Origin: Chrysomallon squamiferum
Taxonomy: Eukaryota; Animalia; Mollusca
Direction of reading: 5' to 3'
NCBI GenBank assembly: GCA_012295275.1
Contig: CM022679.1
Span: 1,612,001-1,676,000, forward strand
DNA: 64,000 nucleotides
Shown here: piece after piece, positions 50,669 to 63,639 of the stretch
Layout: each line of letters begins with the position of its first letter
Position numbering within the stretch: the first letter of the stretch is position 1
Translations under genes and position numbers: made by a program
The notes under the pieces: model-generated
Told to the model about the DNA's origin: nothing
Seen by the model: the letters and a program-made list of their open reading frames with translations, nothing else
The model's database searches: none

Positions 50669-53600
50669 TTTATTTTGTTTGTCGTTATTTATTTATTTGT
50701 TTTATTTTTATTTATTTATTTTTCTGTTTATTTATTTATTTTTTATTTATTAATTTTATTTATATTTATTTATTCGTTTAACTATTTATTCTTTTTACTT
50801 ATTTTTACTTATTTATTTTTGTTTATTTATTTATTTGTGGAGGAATTTAAGATCAGCTTTCAGTGTAGTTATTATTATTTGTTTTTTCAGAAGATAAACC
50901 TGTGGAATACTCAGCCTGTTTGTTTAAATCACTGGCCAGCATTTTGCCAAGTGTACATAGTGACAAAACGTAAGTTTTTCAAAAATTCTCATATCTTCTA
51001 ACTAAAGTAAAATATGCTACCTGTTATAACTCTGAAATAATCTAAAAGGTTTTTGTTTTTAAATAAAATAATATTTAATGTATATTATATTCTGGAATAA
51101 TCTGAAAGGTTTATGTTTTTAAACAAAGTTGCATGTATGTATGTCTCTATCTGTCTATCTATCTGTTTATATATAAATATGTGTGTGTGTGTATGTGTAT
51201 GTGTGTGTGTGTGTATGTGTGTATATATATATATATGTCTGTGTGTGTAAGTATGTGTTTGTGTGTATGTGTGTGTGTATGTGTATGTGTGTATATATAT
51301 ATATATGTATATATATAATTATTTTAATTTGTAGACAAAAAGACATTGAAATCAACACACCTGTACTGACAATTGACTTTCCATCAGTATCTAAGATTAC
51401 TATGGATCCTCCAATATATTTTATATTTCAACATATTGCAGTATGTATGTTAGTTATTCCTGAATAGAATTTACATTTCATTATATTTTATTAATTGTTT
51501 AACTATTCCTCCAGTAGGATTTACATTTTAATTTTATTAAATGTTTTAACTATTTATACAACACAATTTATATTTTTTTTTTTAACTTTAATTGCTGTTC
51601 ATGAAAAGGTGGACACAATATAATATAATAGTAATTCTGAATTCCACATTACATTCTCATATATCCACTCCATCATAAATTTTCTTTTGATTCCCAGACC
51701 AATTTCACTGATCCACGTTGCAGTTTTTGGGAATTTGACAAGTAAGTAGTAAGAAAATTAATTTTATTTTAATAACAATATTTAGAAAACAATTTTTTTA
51801 AATTTTAGTTTCACATATAAAAGAGAATTAATCAAAAATTTAAAAAAATAATTAGGTATTCTTTTCCATCTTAGAATGCATTATGTACCAGAGGGACAAA
51901 ATCTTAATTGTATGATTTATTACCTTCTTTGCCAATGTAGAAAAATCTCTGATTGAATAATATTTCAGATCCAGTCTAAGGTAGAGTCACCAAGGATAAT
52001 ACAATTATATCAGATTAGCTGAATGTGAATGGAGCTTTAATGAAAAAACAGGATCTGTTTGAAATGCACTCAACATTTTCAAACAACTTTCAATGTTATG
52101 TAATATAAATATAATAAGTCAGTGAGAGAAAAAAGTTAAAAAGGTAAAAAGTGTTTAAACATTATTTGATGCACACTGTAATATTATGAAACTGTATTTT
52201 GTATTGATTTACTTTTGTTCATATTATTAATATAGTTCTTCTTTTTCTTCATTATTATTATTTAAAAACAGTTCAAAACATAAAGGGAAATGGTCATCTG
52301 AAGGCTGTGAGGTGACATTTTACAACAACTCATTAACTAACTGTTCTTGTAATCACCTGACCAACTTTGCTGTTCTTATGAGTCCAGTTCTAACTGTAAG
52401 TTCACAGCTTTGTAAACTCATTAAAAAACAAGAACATATTAAATAAAAATAAACACATTCCTACTGATAGTACACATCTTTATAAACTTATAAAACATAT
52501 GAAATTAAAACATTCTAAATATTAGAACACAACTTTATAAACTTATAAAACATATCAAATTAAAACATTCTAAATATTAGAACACAACTTCATAAACTTA
52601 TAAAAAACCCATTAAATTTAAACAATTCTAACTCTATGTAGACATCTTTTTAAACTCATAAAAAAAAATTAAATTAAACAATTCTAAAAGTAAATACACA
52701 TTTTCATAAACTCATAAAAAATGTTTTTATATTAAACAATTCTAACTGTATGTAAACATCTATTTAAACTTATATAAAAATCATATTTTAAATTAAAACT
52801 AGTTCTAAATGTAAGCACATGTCTTTATAAACTTATTAAACAAAAACACCATAGTAAGTAGAAAACATTTCCTGTACGTATATAAACTCATAAATTTTTT
52901 TTGAAAAAAACTCATTAGATTAAAACTATTTCTAACTGTAAGTATACATCTTTATAGACTCATTTACAGTAAATACCTATTAAATAAAAACCATTTCAAA
53001 CTGTATGTACCCAGTTTTATAAACTCATTCACATACATATATATTAAATTAAAGAATTACCTGTAAGATAGAATTAACTGGCCTTCTTAGTAATATTATA
53101 TCTCATTTCTACATTCTAATTTAATTTTACTTTAAACAGAAATACTCTCCTCATAGTGTAAAATATTGTTTCGTAATTTTTTGTTCATTTATAAAATAAA
53201 ATGAAAACTGAATTTTACTCTTTTTAGTCAAAACTGAACAGAAAAGTTCTTGGAATTATTTCAATGTTTGGAATGTCTCTTTCACTGATTTCTACAACAG
53301 CTACTGTGTTTGCTTTTATCTTCTTGTGGCGGTAAGCATATCATTTTTAATTTTTGTTTTTATTTGTTATATTTATTTTTTTGTGATCATAAGCTTATCA
53401 TATTTGATTTATTTATCTTATTAGCTGTTATATTTCAATTTATCTTCTTTATAATAAAATATTTAACTAACATCATATTATTGAGAAACTTATATTCAGA
53501 ATTAAAGTTTGTTTAGATAAACCAATATTTTTATTTTTGTTTTTTTTTTATTTTATTTTATTCATTTATTTAATATTATTTTATTTTTTATTTTATTTCT

Positions 53601-56600
53601 ATTTTATTTAGTTTTGTTTTGTTACAGCTCTATAAAATCTGACAAGAACTGTATATTGTTAAATATCTGCGTGGCACTCATTCTAGCCTATGTTATCTTC
53701 ATGGCTGGCATTGACAACACACAAAACAAGGTGAGACAACTTTGCTATCTTGTGTGTTTTATTTATAATAATAAGATAGAAATAGATAGATATTTGTTTG
53801 TTAAATCTTGGTAACACTTGTACTCAGTTTACACTGTTTTTTTTAATGAGATAGAAAGTCAGACATTTTGTTTTAATCTAGTAACAGTTTCACTGAATAG
53901 AATCAGGAGACAACAACTTGTAATGTAATTCCATCAAGACCCACTGTTATCGTCTTGTGTTTTTTTTGTTGTTTTCTTTTTCCTTTCAATTCTGTATCAA
54001 CAATACACAATGATACCAATAAAATAGCATGAACTGTTTTTATATCATATAATTATATTATGTTCAGTTTTAATTTTAACTTTATTTTTTTTCATTCCAG
54101 ATTGCTTGTACATCAGTGGCAGTGATGCTGCACTATTTCTTCCTGGTTGTTTTTTTCCTCATGTTGTCTGAAGCAATCAGTTTACTCATTTCAATAGTCT
54201 ATGTTTTTGCTACATCATCAAAACTCAAGTACTTTCTTCCTCTTGGATGGGGTAAAATCATATTTCTACCTTTGTGATGTTAAACCAATTTGAAAAACAG
54301 TTTTTAAAAAGTTTCTATATAATTAATAATTTTAAAAACATGTCTTTCTGTAATATAAAAGTTTGAAAAGGTTTTGTATGTAACACCTAAATTTGATTTT
54401 CTTTTATGTAAAACATAAATCTCAAAACACCTTCTACTGTTGCTAGATAATACATTATCTGATTACCTGAAATTTCAACTTGGAGACAATAATAATGTTT
54501 CACTTCATATTCTGTACAGTGTTGTCACTTTTGTGTCATAACAGAAAATATTTACTCACATTTCTTTGCCTTTTTCAGTGAACAACACAAAATATTTAAT
54601 CAGAGTTTATTAGATGTCAAAAATATAATTAATTGTTTTACTGATTAGCATCAGAAGATCATATGGAATAACCCTCCCATAGATCGGAAAACTCATACCA
54701 CAGTCTTTGATAAGTGGATGTGGTGGTGAATGACAAAGAGTACTGATCCCAGGACCATCAGGCCTCAGATACAGGACTGCAGCTCGTTGATCAGAGTATT
54801 GTTGAATTTGTTTGATTTAATAAAATCTGTGTTGTGTACAGTTTTGTTGTTTTTCAGGTGCACCACTTGTTATTGTGGCTGTTTCGGTCGCAGCCACTCA
54901 ACTGAATGGTTATGGTACTGAAAACCAGTGAGTGTTTAATTTACTTAGAGAAATATGTTTATATCAGTGTGTTATTTTGTAAAGTTATCACTTAACTGAA
55001 TGGTTACAGTCAGTGAGTGTTTAAGTTACTTAGAGAAATATGTTTTTTTCAGTGTGTTATTTTGTAATGTTATCACTTAATTGAATGGTTACAGTCAGTG
55101 AGTATTTAATTTACTTAGAGAAATATGTTTTTATCAGTGTGTTATTTTGTAATGTTATCACTTAATTGAATGGTTACAGTCAGTGTGTTATTTTGTAATG
55201 TTATCACTTAATTGAATGGTTACAGTCAGTGAGTGTTTAATTTACTTAGAGAATTATGTTTATATCAGTGTGTTATTTTGTAATGTTATCACTGATTAAT
55301 TATTCTAAATGTATTTGAGCAATTTAGTTATTATATTTGATATTGTAATAATTTATTATCAGAATGTCAGATTTTGTTTATTATTGTTACAAATGAGTTT
55401 TATGTATTAAGTGAGGAGAATATTTGATGTAAAGAGGGTCTATGGATCTGTTTCAGCTGCTGGTTGACTACTCAAAGTGGTCTGCTTTATGCTTTTGTTG
55501 GACCTGCCCTGGGTGTTATTGTTGTAAATATTATAAAATATCTATTAACTGAAAGCATCTCTTTTTTTGTCATGAAAAGCTTAAATAATACTTGATTTAA
55601 GAATGTCTATCATGTCTGACATTAGTCATGGTACTAGCTTATTTCCTTTAGAAATTTAGAAAGAAAAACAGAATGCCATTTTACCTCACTCTATTTTTAA
55701 CACCAATTTCCTAATTCAAAAAAGTTAAAGCATGTTAACCTTGAAATCACAAAATTCACACACTGTGGAAATTTACTGAAATTGCACAATGTCTAATTTC
55801 TGTCAGAATAATTTTACTTTTTTTTAAAACTAATTTTCTTCTTTGTATTCTCATACTGATGCTATATTTACTTAACATGGTAGAACATCATATCTGTTAT
55901 CAGTGTAACTTTTTAAATTTTTTTAAATTTCTTGTTTACAAAATATTTTAGAAGTAATTTTCTTCTTTGATTATCATATCTATGTTTACAAATTAATGCT
56001 ACATTTACTTAACATGGTAGAACATGATATCTGTAATCATTGTAATTTATATGCAACATTTTCTTTATTAATGAAATTAATAATAAATGCTGAAAAATAT
56101 TTTAATAAAATGTTATTTTTTTATGAAGCAGTTATTCAGCACATAAAGAATTTATAACAGTTCTATCAGCTGTCAGATTTTTATTACTTTTACTTCAAAT
56201 ATTTTCTGTTAATGTGAATACTGTAGTAACTAAACATAATACATTATTGTAATGATTCATTAATTTCAAAATGTGTTGTTAATAGTTATTATGTTAAATA
56301 TAAATCATTATAAAGTTATAAAGGCATTTGTTTAATAGTGACATTTCTTTTATTTTAAATTGCATTGAAAATGATTTCTTGTTGTTGGTTATTAAGATAA
56401 CATAAACTAGATATGCATTTTTTTAACAGACTATTTTATTAAATTCAGAATGTTTGTTATTAAATTGACATAGATTATAGTAATATTATTATTTAATGAA
56501 ATTTATTTATTAAAACAAGCAAACTATGTTGTGATTTTTAGTTATTAAGATTCATAAAGATAAATATTTTTTTTTATTAAAACTATGTGGATCTTATTAA

Positions 56601-59588
56601 GATGACATAATCACTATGTTTGATTAAAACAGGCAAATTATGTGGTGGTGGTTCTTGCTCTGAAAGCTTTGTACTCTACACATGCTATGATGTCCAAAAC
56701 AAGAAGAGAAAAAATCAAGTAAGTTTAGCTGTTCTCGCTTATTTTAAAATTACTTTTAATCAGCTGTGTATGGAATATCAACTCTCATTCCTCAGACTTT
56801 ATATTTTCTACATGGATCTGGAGTTAGAAATAACAAAACTGTAAGAACCTGATTTTTATTTTATATCATAGATCAGGTGTTAGAAGTATCAGTATTCTAT
56901 AAGTACTTGATTTTTCTAACATAAGTTTATTATATTGTTTTTTAATAGATCTGGTATTAGAAGTATCAGTATCCTACAAGTACTTGATTTTTATAACATA
57001 ATTTTATTATATTATGTTTTTTAATAGATAAGGTGTTAGAAGTATCAGTATTCTACAAGTACTTGATTTTTATAACATAATTTTATTATATTGTTTTTTA
57101 ATAGATCTGGTGTTAGAAGTATCAGTATTCTATAAGTTCTTGATTTTTATAATATAATTTTATTATATTGTTTTTTAATAGATCTGGTGTTAGAAGTATC
57201 AGTACTCTGGCACCCATACTTGGACTCACCTGGGTGTTTGGTGTGTTTTCTATCAATGAGAATCTTGTTGTCTTTCAGTACTTGTTTGCCATTTTCAATT
57301 CTTTACAGGTAATGATAAACTGATATTTGACTTGAATTAGTCTTTTTTTAATTTTTTTTCACTTTTTTTTCTTAATGTATCTTTTATTTCATCTATTGTT
57401 TATTCAGAAAAAAGTCTAAGTGTATCTTATTGTTTAAATTATGTATGAGGTTATCTTATTATTCATTTTAAATTTTCTATCTTGTATATATTTTCTCAAT
57501 TTTCCTAAATAATTTTAATATGAAATTTCAGTTAAACATTTTGAATGTTAATTTATGATGTGAATTTATCAGTATTTAAAAATGTCTTTTAACTTCAGGG
57601 TTTCTTTATCTTTCTGTTTCACTGTCTTCTCAATAAGTCTGTGAGTATTTCATTATTGTACATTTAAGTTGTTTATATTAGCAGATTATTCACTGTAATC
57701 AGTGAGGTTTTTTATTATTATCAATTTTTCTTAATGAAATATCATCTTTTTGTGAAAATGTGTAATTTATGTATTTTAAATGAGTTAGGTTTTAAAATTC
57801 AACATTTCTTTATAACCTTTATGATTTTGTTAATATATCTGAGATCTACTGAGACTTTTTAAAGAACATTTGGAAACTACTGTTTTATACCTGAGATTGT
57901 CATTTCTGAACGGTCTTCCTCTTCTAAAGTTTCTTTTGTAATAGATTTTTATATAGCTATACCTTTAGAGTTTAAAATTTCTTTTGTAATAGATTTTTAC
58001 ATATTTTAAGAAGATCTAAATAGCTGTAGTTTTTCTTTACCAGTCACAGAATCTTTACATATTTTGTGTAGATTTAGATAACTGTACCTTTTGTTTACCT
58101 GTCAGTGAACGTTTACATATTTTGAGAAGATACCTAGACAGCTGTAATTTTTGTTTACCTGTCAGTGAATGTTTTCATATTTTGAATAAATCAAGATAGC
58201 TGTAGTTTTTGATTACCAGTCATTTTGCTAAAGTTTGACTGCACTGTTTTTGTAGATCACTGATGGTTTTAGACACAGATGGAGTGGATACAAGAGTTCT
58301 ATTGTCTCCTCATCAACTGAATTAAGAAAGATGAAATATTCTGTAAGATTTTTTTTTTCTTCTTTTCTTTTTAGTATTAAAAATTATCAGATTCAAAGTG
58401 TTAAATTTTGGTAAATTGTTTTCTTTTTTGATGAAAGATATACTTGAATAAAAATTTTATATATATGCACATAAAAATGTTTCTTAAATAGACAAATATT
58501 GTTATTTCTTTTTTTCTTATTTTTAACACTGAAATTTACAGCAGATTAAGACCAGCTTTATTTTCAACAATTTAATTAAATAATCTGAAAATCTTGGGAG
58601 ATTCTCTTTTTCAATTTTTTGTCAAATATTAACAAAGTTTCAGATAAAATAAATACTAATCATTTGTTTCTCTCATAGAAATCCATGTCTGAAACTGACA
58701 ACACCACACGTAAGTAAAATTTTAATTTTGTGAAATATAATTTAAATCAAATCAGTGTCAAATGAACTGTTAATAAAGTACCTTATAGTACAAAAGATTT
58801 CTGTCTGACATAATGCTAGAACTTGAAAAGAAAAACTATTTTGAGCTTATTTAGTATTATGAATATTTAAATTTGAAACATGATAAACTGATAATTTTGC
58901 TTTCTTTTGCTTATGTAATAGAAAATGTACTTAGAAGATTATGAAAATCAGCAATTTACATTTAAATTTTTATTTCATTGTTGTTATTATTGTTTACTGT
59001 TATTTTTGTGTTGTTGTTTTTGAGGTACACATTGTAATGGCTTATTTTAATTAGTAATATTTTAAAGGAATTTAATTATGTGGCTGACTGGATTAAATAA
59101 ATGTTGTTTGTTTGATTATTTCTTTTTCGTTCTTTTTTTTATAATGTTGTTTTTATTCACTTTCAATTATATCCAATATATTGTAATGTAAGTATAACAT
59201 GTAAATGAGATCCATTAGCATGTACATATTATTCTTGTCACTTACGAAAAACATACAAGTATTTATTGTTTCAGAGAATACAGCAGGAACTATTTTAACT
59301 GAGTGTTTGGCAGAAAAGGCTTTCTCTGTTTTGACAGACAGTTCACCAGGAACTGTTCTGGCTGAGTCATTTGCAGAACATTCTTTCACTGATGGTTCAA
59401 AAGGAACTGTCATGACAGACAGTTCACCAGGAATTCTTTTCACTGAGAATTTGGCAGAAAATGCTTTCACTGATGGTTCAAAAGGAACTGTTTTGACAGA
59501 CAGTTCACCAGTAGCTATTTTGAATAAGTGTTTTGGATCCACTGTTATCACTGATAGTTCAAAAGAAACTGTTTTACCTGATAAATGA
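36461..59588 (+). CDS. Adhesion G-protein-coupled receptor (signal peptide, 3 x two Ig-like domains, HRM, GAIN/GPS, 7TM, Ser/Thr-rich tail)
   Basis: Signal peptide 36461-36572. Ig exons 37170-37403, 37576-37821, 41006-41140; 41648-41881, 42056-42301, 42813-42947; 43440-43673, 43848-44093, 44604-44738. HRM 44956-45057, 47643-47749 (CPEGYNGTVWRKC..WQSPDYSKC). GAIN 48308-48481, 48639-48710, 49321-49429, 50103-50213, 50891-50969, 51335-51440. GPS 51698-51741 (CSFW), 52272-52395 (WSSEGC..CSCNHLTNFAVLM). 7TM 53228-53331, 53628-53730, 54101-54251 (LHYFFL), 54858-54927, 55457-55523 (CWL..YAFVGP), 56633-56718, 57182-57308 (LGLTWVFG..FNSLQ), 57599-57640 (GFFIFLFHCL). Tail 58256-58342, 58679-58709, 59275-59588. 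Phases are consistent throughout. Confidence 0.92.
37965..40622 (-). mobile_element. Academ-superfamily (AcademX/XPG-type) DNA transposon, internally deleted, 2658 bp
   Basis: Termini TAGTCCG...CGGACTA. A 3-bp TSD TTG (37962-64 and 40623-25) is confirmed by the empty site catgtTTGggcagg in copies 2 and 3. Long imperfect inverted repeats at ~38010-38380 versus ~40310-40560. The ORF has XPG/FEN1-like motifs and a Cys-rich tail. Confidence 0.85.
38405..40178 (-). pseudogene. Deleted and frameshifted Academ protein (N-terminal region fused to XPG-like nuclease and Cys8/CXC finger)
   Basis: The 557-aa ORF contains EDTDVFVLLLH, ALSGCDT..FGVGK and LPPS...ENVKRAHIQTAIWK. The Cys-rich tail CSTAMCGC..LPCTMFCGC..CRN lies in another frame (frameshift ~38600). 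No DDE core is visible; the apparent deletion junction is ~39300. Confidence 0.8.
41357..41409 (+). pseudogene. Truncated HRM pseudo-exon with stop codon (Ig copy 1)
   Basis: taacag|GIPQCEKDTDYRGIQWN-TGA is homologous to the start of the functional HRM exon at 44956 (GVSMCQEDTDYKRTEWKST). Confidence 0.7.
43164..43216 (+). pseudogene. Truncated HRM pseudo-exon with stop codon (Ig copy 2)
   Basis: Same sequence as 41357-41409. Confidence 0.7.
45155..47456. repeat. 2.3-kb intronic minisatellite, 28-bp unit with 19-bp variants
   Basis: gtaatagaagtcagtgtaaagttcttat (28 bp) is interspersed with gtcagtgtaaagttcttat (19 bp); there are no unique spacers. Confidence 0.97.
48680..49075. repeat. ~41-bp minisatellite made of a GAIN exon 3' end plus donor
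   Basis: Unit agtgacac(a/t)tggaaagaactgtataatgag|gtaggtaat(a/g)t, about 10 copies; the first copy is the real end of exon 48639-48710. Confidence 0.92.
52388..53030. repeat. Degenerate ~55-60-bp repeat starting at the GPS-exon donor
   Basis: 'tctaactgta(a/t)g...catctttataaact(c/t)at...attaaa' recurs, with copies of TCTAACT|GTA at ~52741 and ~52931. Confidence 0.6.
54900..55295. repeat. ~85-bp repeat containing a TM4-exon end and donor
   Basis: Copies of 'tgaatggtta..ca|gtgagt(g/a)tttaa(t/g)ttacttagagaa' follow exon 54858-54927. Confidence 0.8.
56860..57205. repeat. ~78-bp repeat containing the TM6-exon acceptor and exon start
   Basis: atag|at(c/a)(t/a)ggt(g/a)ttagaagtatcagta occurs at ~56868, 56945, 57024, 57101 and 57178; the last is the real acceptor. 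Confidence 0.88.
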
Positions 59589-59874
59589 GCAAGAGCTGTT
59601 TTGACTGAATGTTCAGTTGAAACTGTTTTGGTTGATTCTTCAGAGGAACTGTCAAGAACTGTCCTGTATTGACATTTTCCATTTGTTTTAGTAACACATG
59701 TCTATTATTTTGAAAATTAAAGTTAATTGCTAAAATTAACATTCGTACTTATTTTCACACTAATACCTTGTACTGAAAGTTGTAGCTGTCACAGTGTCAG
59801 TATTTTTAATTTGCATTAGCAATAAATGTGCAGTACTGAAAATTCTAGTGAACTGAAGTCATGTTGACTTTTTC

Positions 59875-60200
59875 AGTTTGTATTAACAGTTGTTTGTATT
59901 AACCATTCTTTGTATTGTTATTTGTATTAGTCATTCTTTGTATTAGTCATTCTTTGTATCAGTCATTCTTTGTATTAGTCATTCTTTGTATTAACCATTC
60001 TTTGTATCAGTCATTCGTTGTATTAACCATTCTTTGTATTGTTATTTGTATTAGCCATTCTTTGTATCAGTCATTCTTTGTATTAACCATTCTTTGTAAT
60101 AATCATTCTTTACACTTACCATAGTCATTCCTAGTTTTAACCATTTTTTTTTATATTAACCATTCGTTGTTTTAAGCATTCTTTTATGTTAGCCATTCCA
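59875..60200. repeat. 16-bp minisatellite (ttgtattagtcattct-like) downstream of the GPCR stop codon
   Basis: About 15 imperfect copies, seen directly. Confidence 0.85.
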
Positions 60201-62189
60201 GCAAACAGAAATTTCAATGTTGATAATTTTTGTTTGTGTTAGGAATAAATCTATGTATATATATACATTTAGTTTGCATTAAGAATAAAGTTATGTACAT
60301 GTGTACGTTTAGTTTGTGTTAGTAATAAACATGTGGATGTATAGATATATTTTGTGTAAAGAATAAATGTATATACATGTATACATTTGGTTTGTGTTAG
60401 GGATAAATATGTGTATATGTATACATGCACGCACAGATAGAGACACTTAATGTTGAGATTCTGAACTTTTTTATAGGATTTTGTATACAAAAAACAACAA
60501 CAAAAAACATATACAAATTTAAATAATCTTCTGTATACTTTTCTTTATTTGAAATATCTAAATGATGCTTGTTATCAAAATAACTGATTTTGTTTTGTTA
60601 AAGTAATGCATGTTGTTATAATGTAAAATATTTAGTACAATAGACTTTCAAAATCAGTTTGATGTTATTATATTTTTCTATACTCAACACTATAATAATT
60701 TTACAAATACCTTACACGTTTTATAAGAAATTAACTTTTTAATATGTATTCTAAGTTGTTTTTATCCTTGTACCTATATTTTATTTTATTAAATTTGCAA
60801 CGTAACATTTCTTTAAAAACATTTCAGATGCACAATGCTTTAAAATAAAAAAATAAAAATATCTTTCATAGTTTTTTTTTTTCTTCAATAAAATAGTACA
60901 TCTGGACTCAAAGAACAATATAAGAAATGTTCTTCTTTATAAGTTATGAAGGAAAAATATATTTCCCAATTTAAAACATCACTTAATATTTATTGTATAA
61001 ATAATTTTTCCATTGGTTATAAAAGACTTAATGATGTATCATTAACAAATACATGCACACTGAACTGAGAAGCGATAATAATTAAATGTACAAAAATTCT
61101 GGATATTTAGTTTCGAGTTTAGATAATTCACTATTTGTACTAAAGATACTCACATTAGTAATACTGACAATAAACATAACTTGAAAAGAGTACAAAGTTT
61201 ACACATTTCCTTTTTTATGTGATTATCGTTTTAAAATTTTGTTTCTAACTTTCAATCAAAATCCACAGTTGAACTAATCTAAGAAAACTATCTCGTGCTG
61301 CTAAACAGGACTTTGGTGCAGTTGCCTCCCTTTACCGAATCTAATAATTATTAGTGCTCTGAAACGTCAAAGAAACGTAGAAATAAGACGGACAACTATT
61401 AGTTTTTGTTCAAGCAAAACTACTGACAACATTGCAATCATATAATATATTTGAAATATAAATATTGATGTAATCATGTTCTGTGCCTATGGTGAGTTCC
61501 CATATTAGCCACTCTGAGGTGGGGGTGTCATCACTCACCAGGATACTCACTGTTGCTGCGTTTAAGGTACAGTTTATTTATCTATTTATTTTATACAAAT
61601 CAATTAAATTTATAAATTTATATTGTTGTTATTGTTGTTGTTATTTATTTATGTATTTACATAATACATACAGAAAACAGACAGTCCCTAAATATATATA
61701 TGTAATGTTTTTTTTTGTGTACATGTATACATTTAATTTGTGTTAAAAATATATATATATGTGCATACTAAAAAGTAAGTACATGCATACATGAATCCAT
61801 TCACAGCTGTACAGAAACACCATACATGCACATGTATATACATGTAATTACATATATATATATATAATCAGATATTTTTAATCTTTGCCATAAATCTATG
61901 AAAAAACAACACCATCACAACAAACAAAACAAACCCGAATATATTCTTAAGGACAAGTGATAAATGTATAGCAGGAGTGGCTTCAAAAGAAAGAAATACA
62001 AAACTGAAACAATCTCAAAGATTTTGTTTGAAGCTGTGTGTTAAATATACATATATATATAAGGTTTTCTTTTTTTCTGTTTTTTTTTCTAGCATATATG
62101 AAAGCTGTTAAGATGAAAGCCTTTATCAGTTAACTGTTTTCGGAGGAAAAATGGCGTATCTCTTGCTGCCCGACTGCGGCTTAATGGCT

Positions 62190-62263
62190 GGTTTCAAGAG
62201 GCTGTGCAGTTCAAGAGGCTGCGCAGTTCAAGAGGCTGTGCAGTTCCAGAGGCTGCGCAGTTC
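62190..62263. repeat. 17-bp tandem repeat (gttcaagaggctg(t/c)gca) x4
   Basis: Seen directly. Confidence 0.85.
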
Positions 62264-62289
62264 TCATAAAAGCTTTTGCAGTGATGCAT

Positions 62290-62489
62290 TTTCATATCTC
62301 AAAAACTGTGGTTCCACTCCGATCCCCGTTTTCTTGGATAGCCATCAAAAATCTCTTTGAGGATTGACGAAGGTGCTTTCGTGCTCATGGTTCACATTAA
62401 AATGTTCTAAACACGTTCTACCTCAGTATGATGAGACTTAGGTTTTTCTTAGGCCTTCCCACAAACCATTTTTTATTTGTTGAATCAGG
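62290..62489 (-). mobile_element. Possible decayed Merlin/IS1595-like transposase fragment
   Basis: The minus strand reads ...EHFNVNHEHESTFVNPQ..., resembling the HxxVNH..FVxP motif of ISXO2/Merlin transposases. Stop codons are present and no TIRs were found. Confidence 0.3.
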
Positions 62490-62800
62490 TCATAAAGATA
62501 AATATTTTTTTTATTAAAACTATGTGGATCTTATTAAGATGACATAATCACTATGTTTGATTAAAACAGGCAAATTATGTGGTGGTGGTTCTTGCTCTGA
62601 AAGCTCTGTATTCTACACATGCTATGATGTCCAAAACAAGAAGAGAAAAAATCAAGTAAGTTGAGCTGTTCTCGCTTATTTTAAAATTACTTTTAATCAG
62701 CTGTGTATGGAATATCAACTCTCATTCCTCAGACTTTATATTTTCTACATGCATCTGGAGTTAGAAATAACAAAACTGTAAGAACCTGATTTTTATTTTT
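62490..62800 (+). pseudogene. Orphan ~310-bp duplicate of the GPCR TM5/ICL3 exon with flanking intron
   Basis: Near-identical to ~56552-56862. The exon copy at 62570-62655 keeps aaacag| and |gtaagt. Confidence 0.88.
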
Positions 62801-63639
62801 AAAAGTAGCTTAAAGCAAAATTTAAATGAAAAAGTTTGAACAAGCAAGTGATAAATATATAAAAACATTAATGAAAAGAATAAAACATGTCATCATATTA
62901 CTATTATAATAAAATGAGTTAGAGTGTTTATTTACATAAAATACGTATAATATCAAATATATATATATAGATGGTATGTCTGTATATGTGTAAAGCAGTG
63001 TTGTTAAAATCATAAATAAATTCATTCTTAAGTGTATAACCACACACACACAAACACATATGGATATACAGTATTAAAATAACAGTTACTGGAAATGAAA
63101 AAGGAGAAACAAACCAGCCCAGATAAAAATAAATGTCAAAATCTCTATGAGTTTCTCACCAGCAGATGTTTATGTTTATGTTTGTCACGTAAATACCACA
63201 GAGAAATACAAAGCCCATACCAGAAAACTAACCAGTCTTTAACTCTGTTCATCAGGTTTCATTTACATTTATATATATTAAAACAAACTTGTGTGTCTGA
63301 TTATATACAAAATATATGACATGGGTAATTGATAGTGTATCCTATATGAATTCTGATGTTTTTATTTTTCTTTTAGATCAAAGTGTTTACAGTCTCTTAG
63401 TCATTTTCATCCTCTTCTTTTCAGACTTCTTCTGGGTGCTCACCTCTTGATTTTTATTCCGTTTTGATTTATTCTACAATTACAAAATATTTTCATTTAT
63501 CATTCAGTTTCACTGCCATCATCATATTCATTTCACTAGTCTTTTACAGTCAACTTTTTTTTTTAAAGTTTATCTAGGTTTTCTTTCTCTTTTTCATCGA
63601 AAATCATTAATTCCATCGGTTTCCTTTCTACTTTTACTT

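Noticed and set aside
59153-59551. Minus-strand 132-aa repetitive ORF
   Set aside because: It is the antisense of the GPCR terminal exon; the plus frame has a phase-compatible acceptor.
61483-62360. Possible further gene downstream of the GPCR (ORFs 61483 and 62151)
   Set aside because: No recognisable protein motif or consistent exon chain; partly made of a 17-bp repeat and transposon-like debris.
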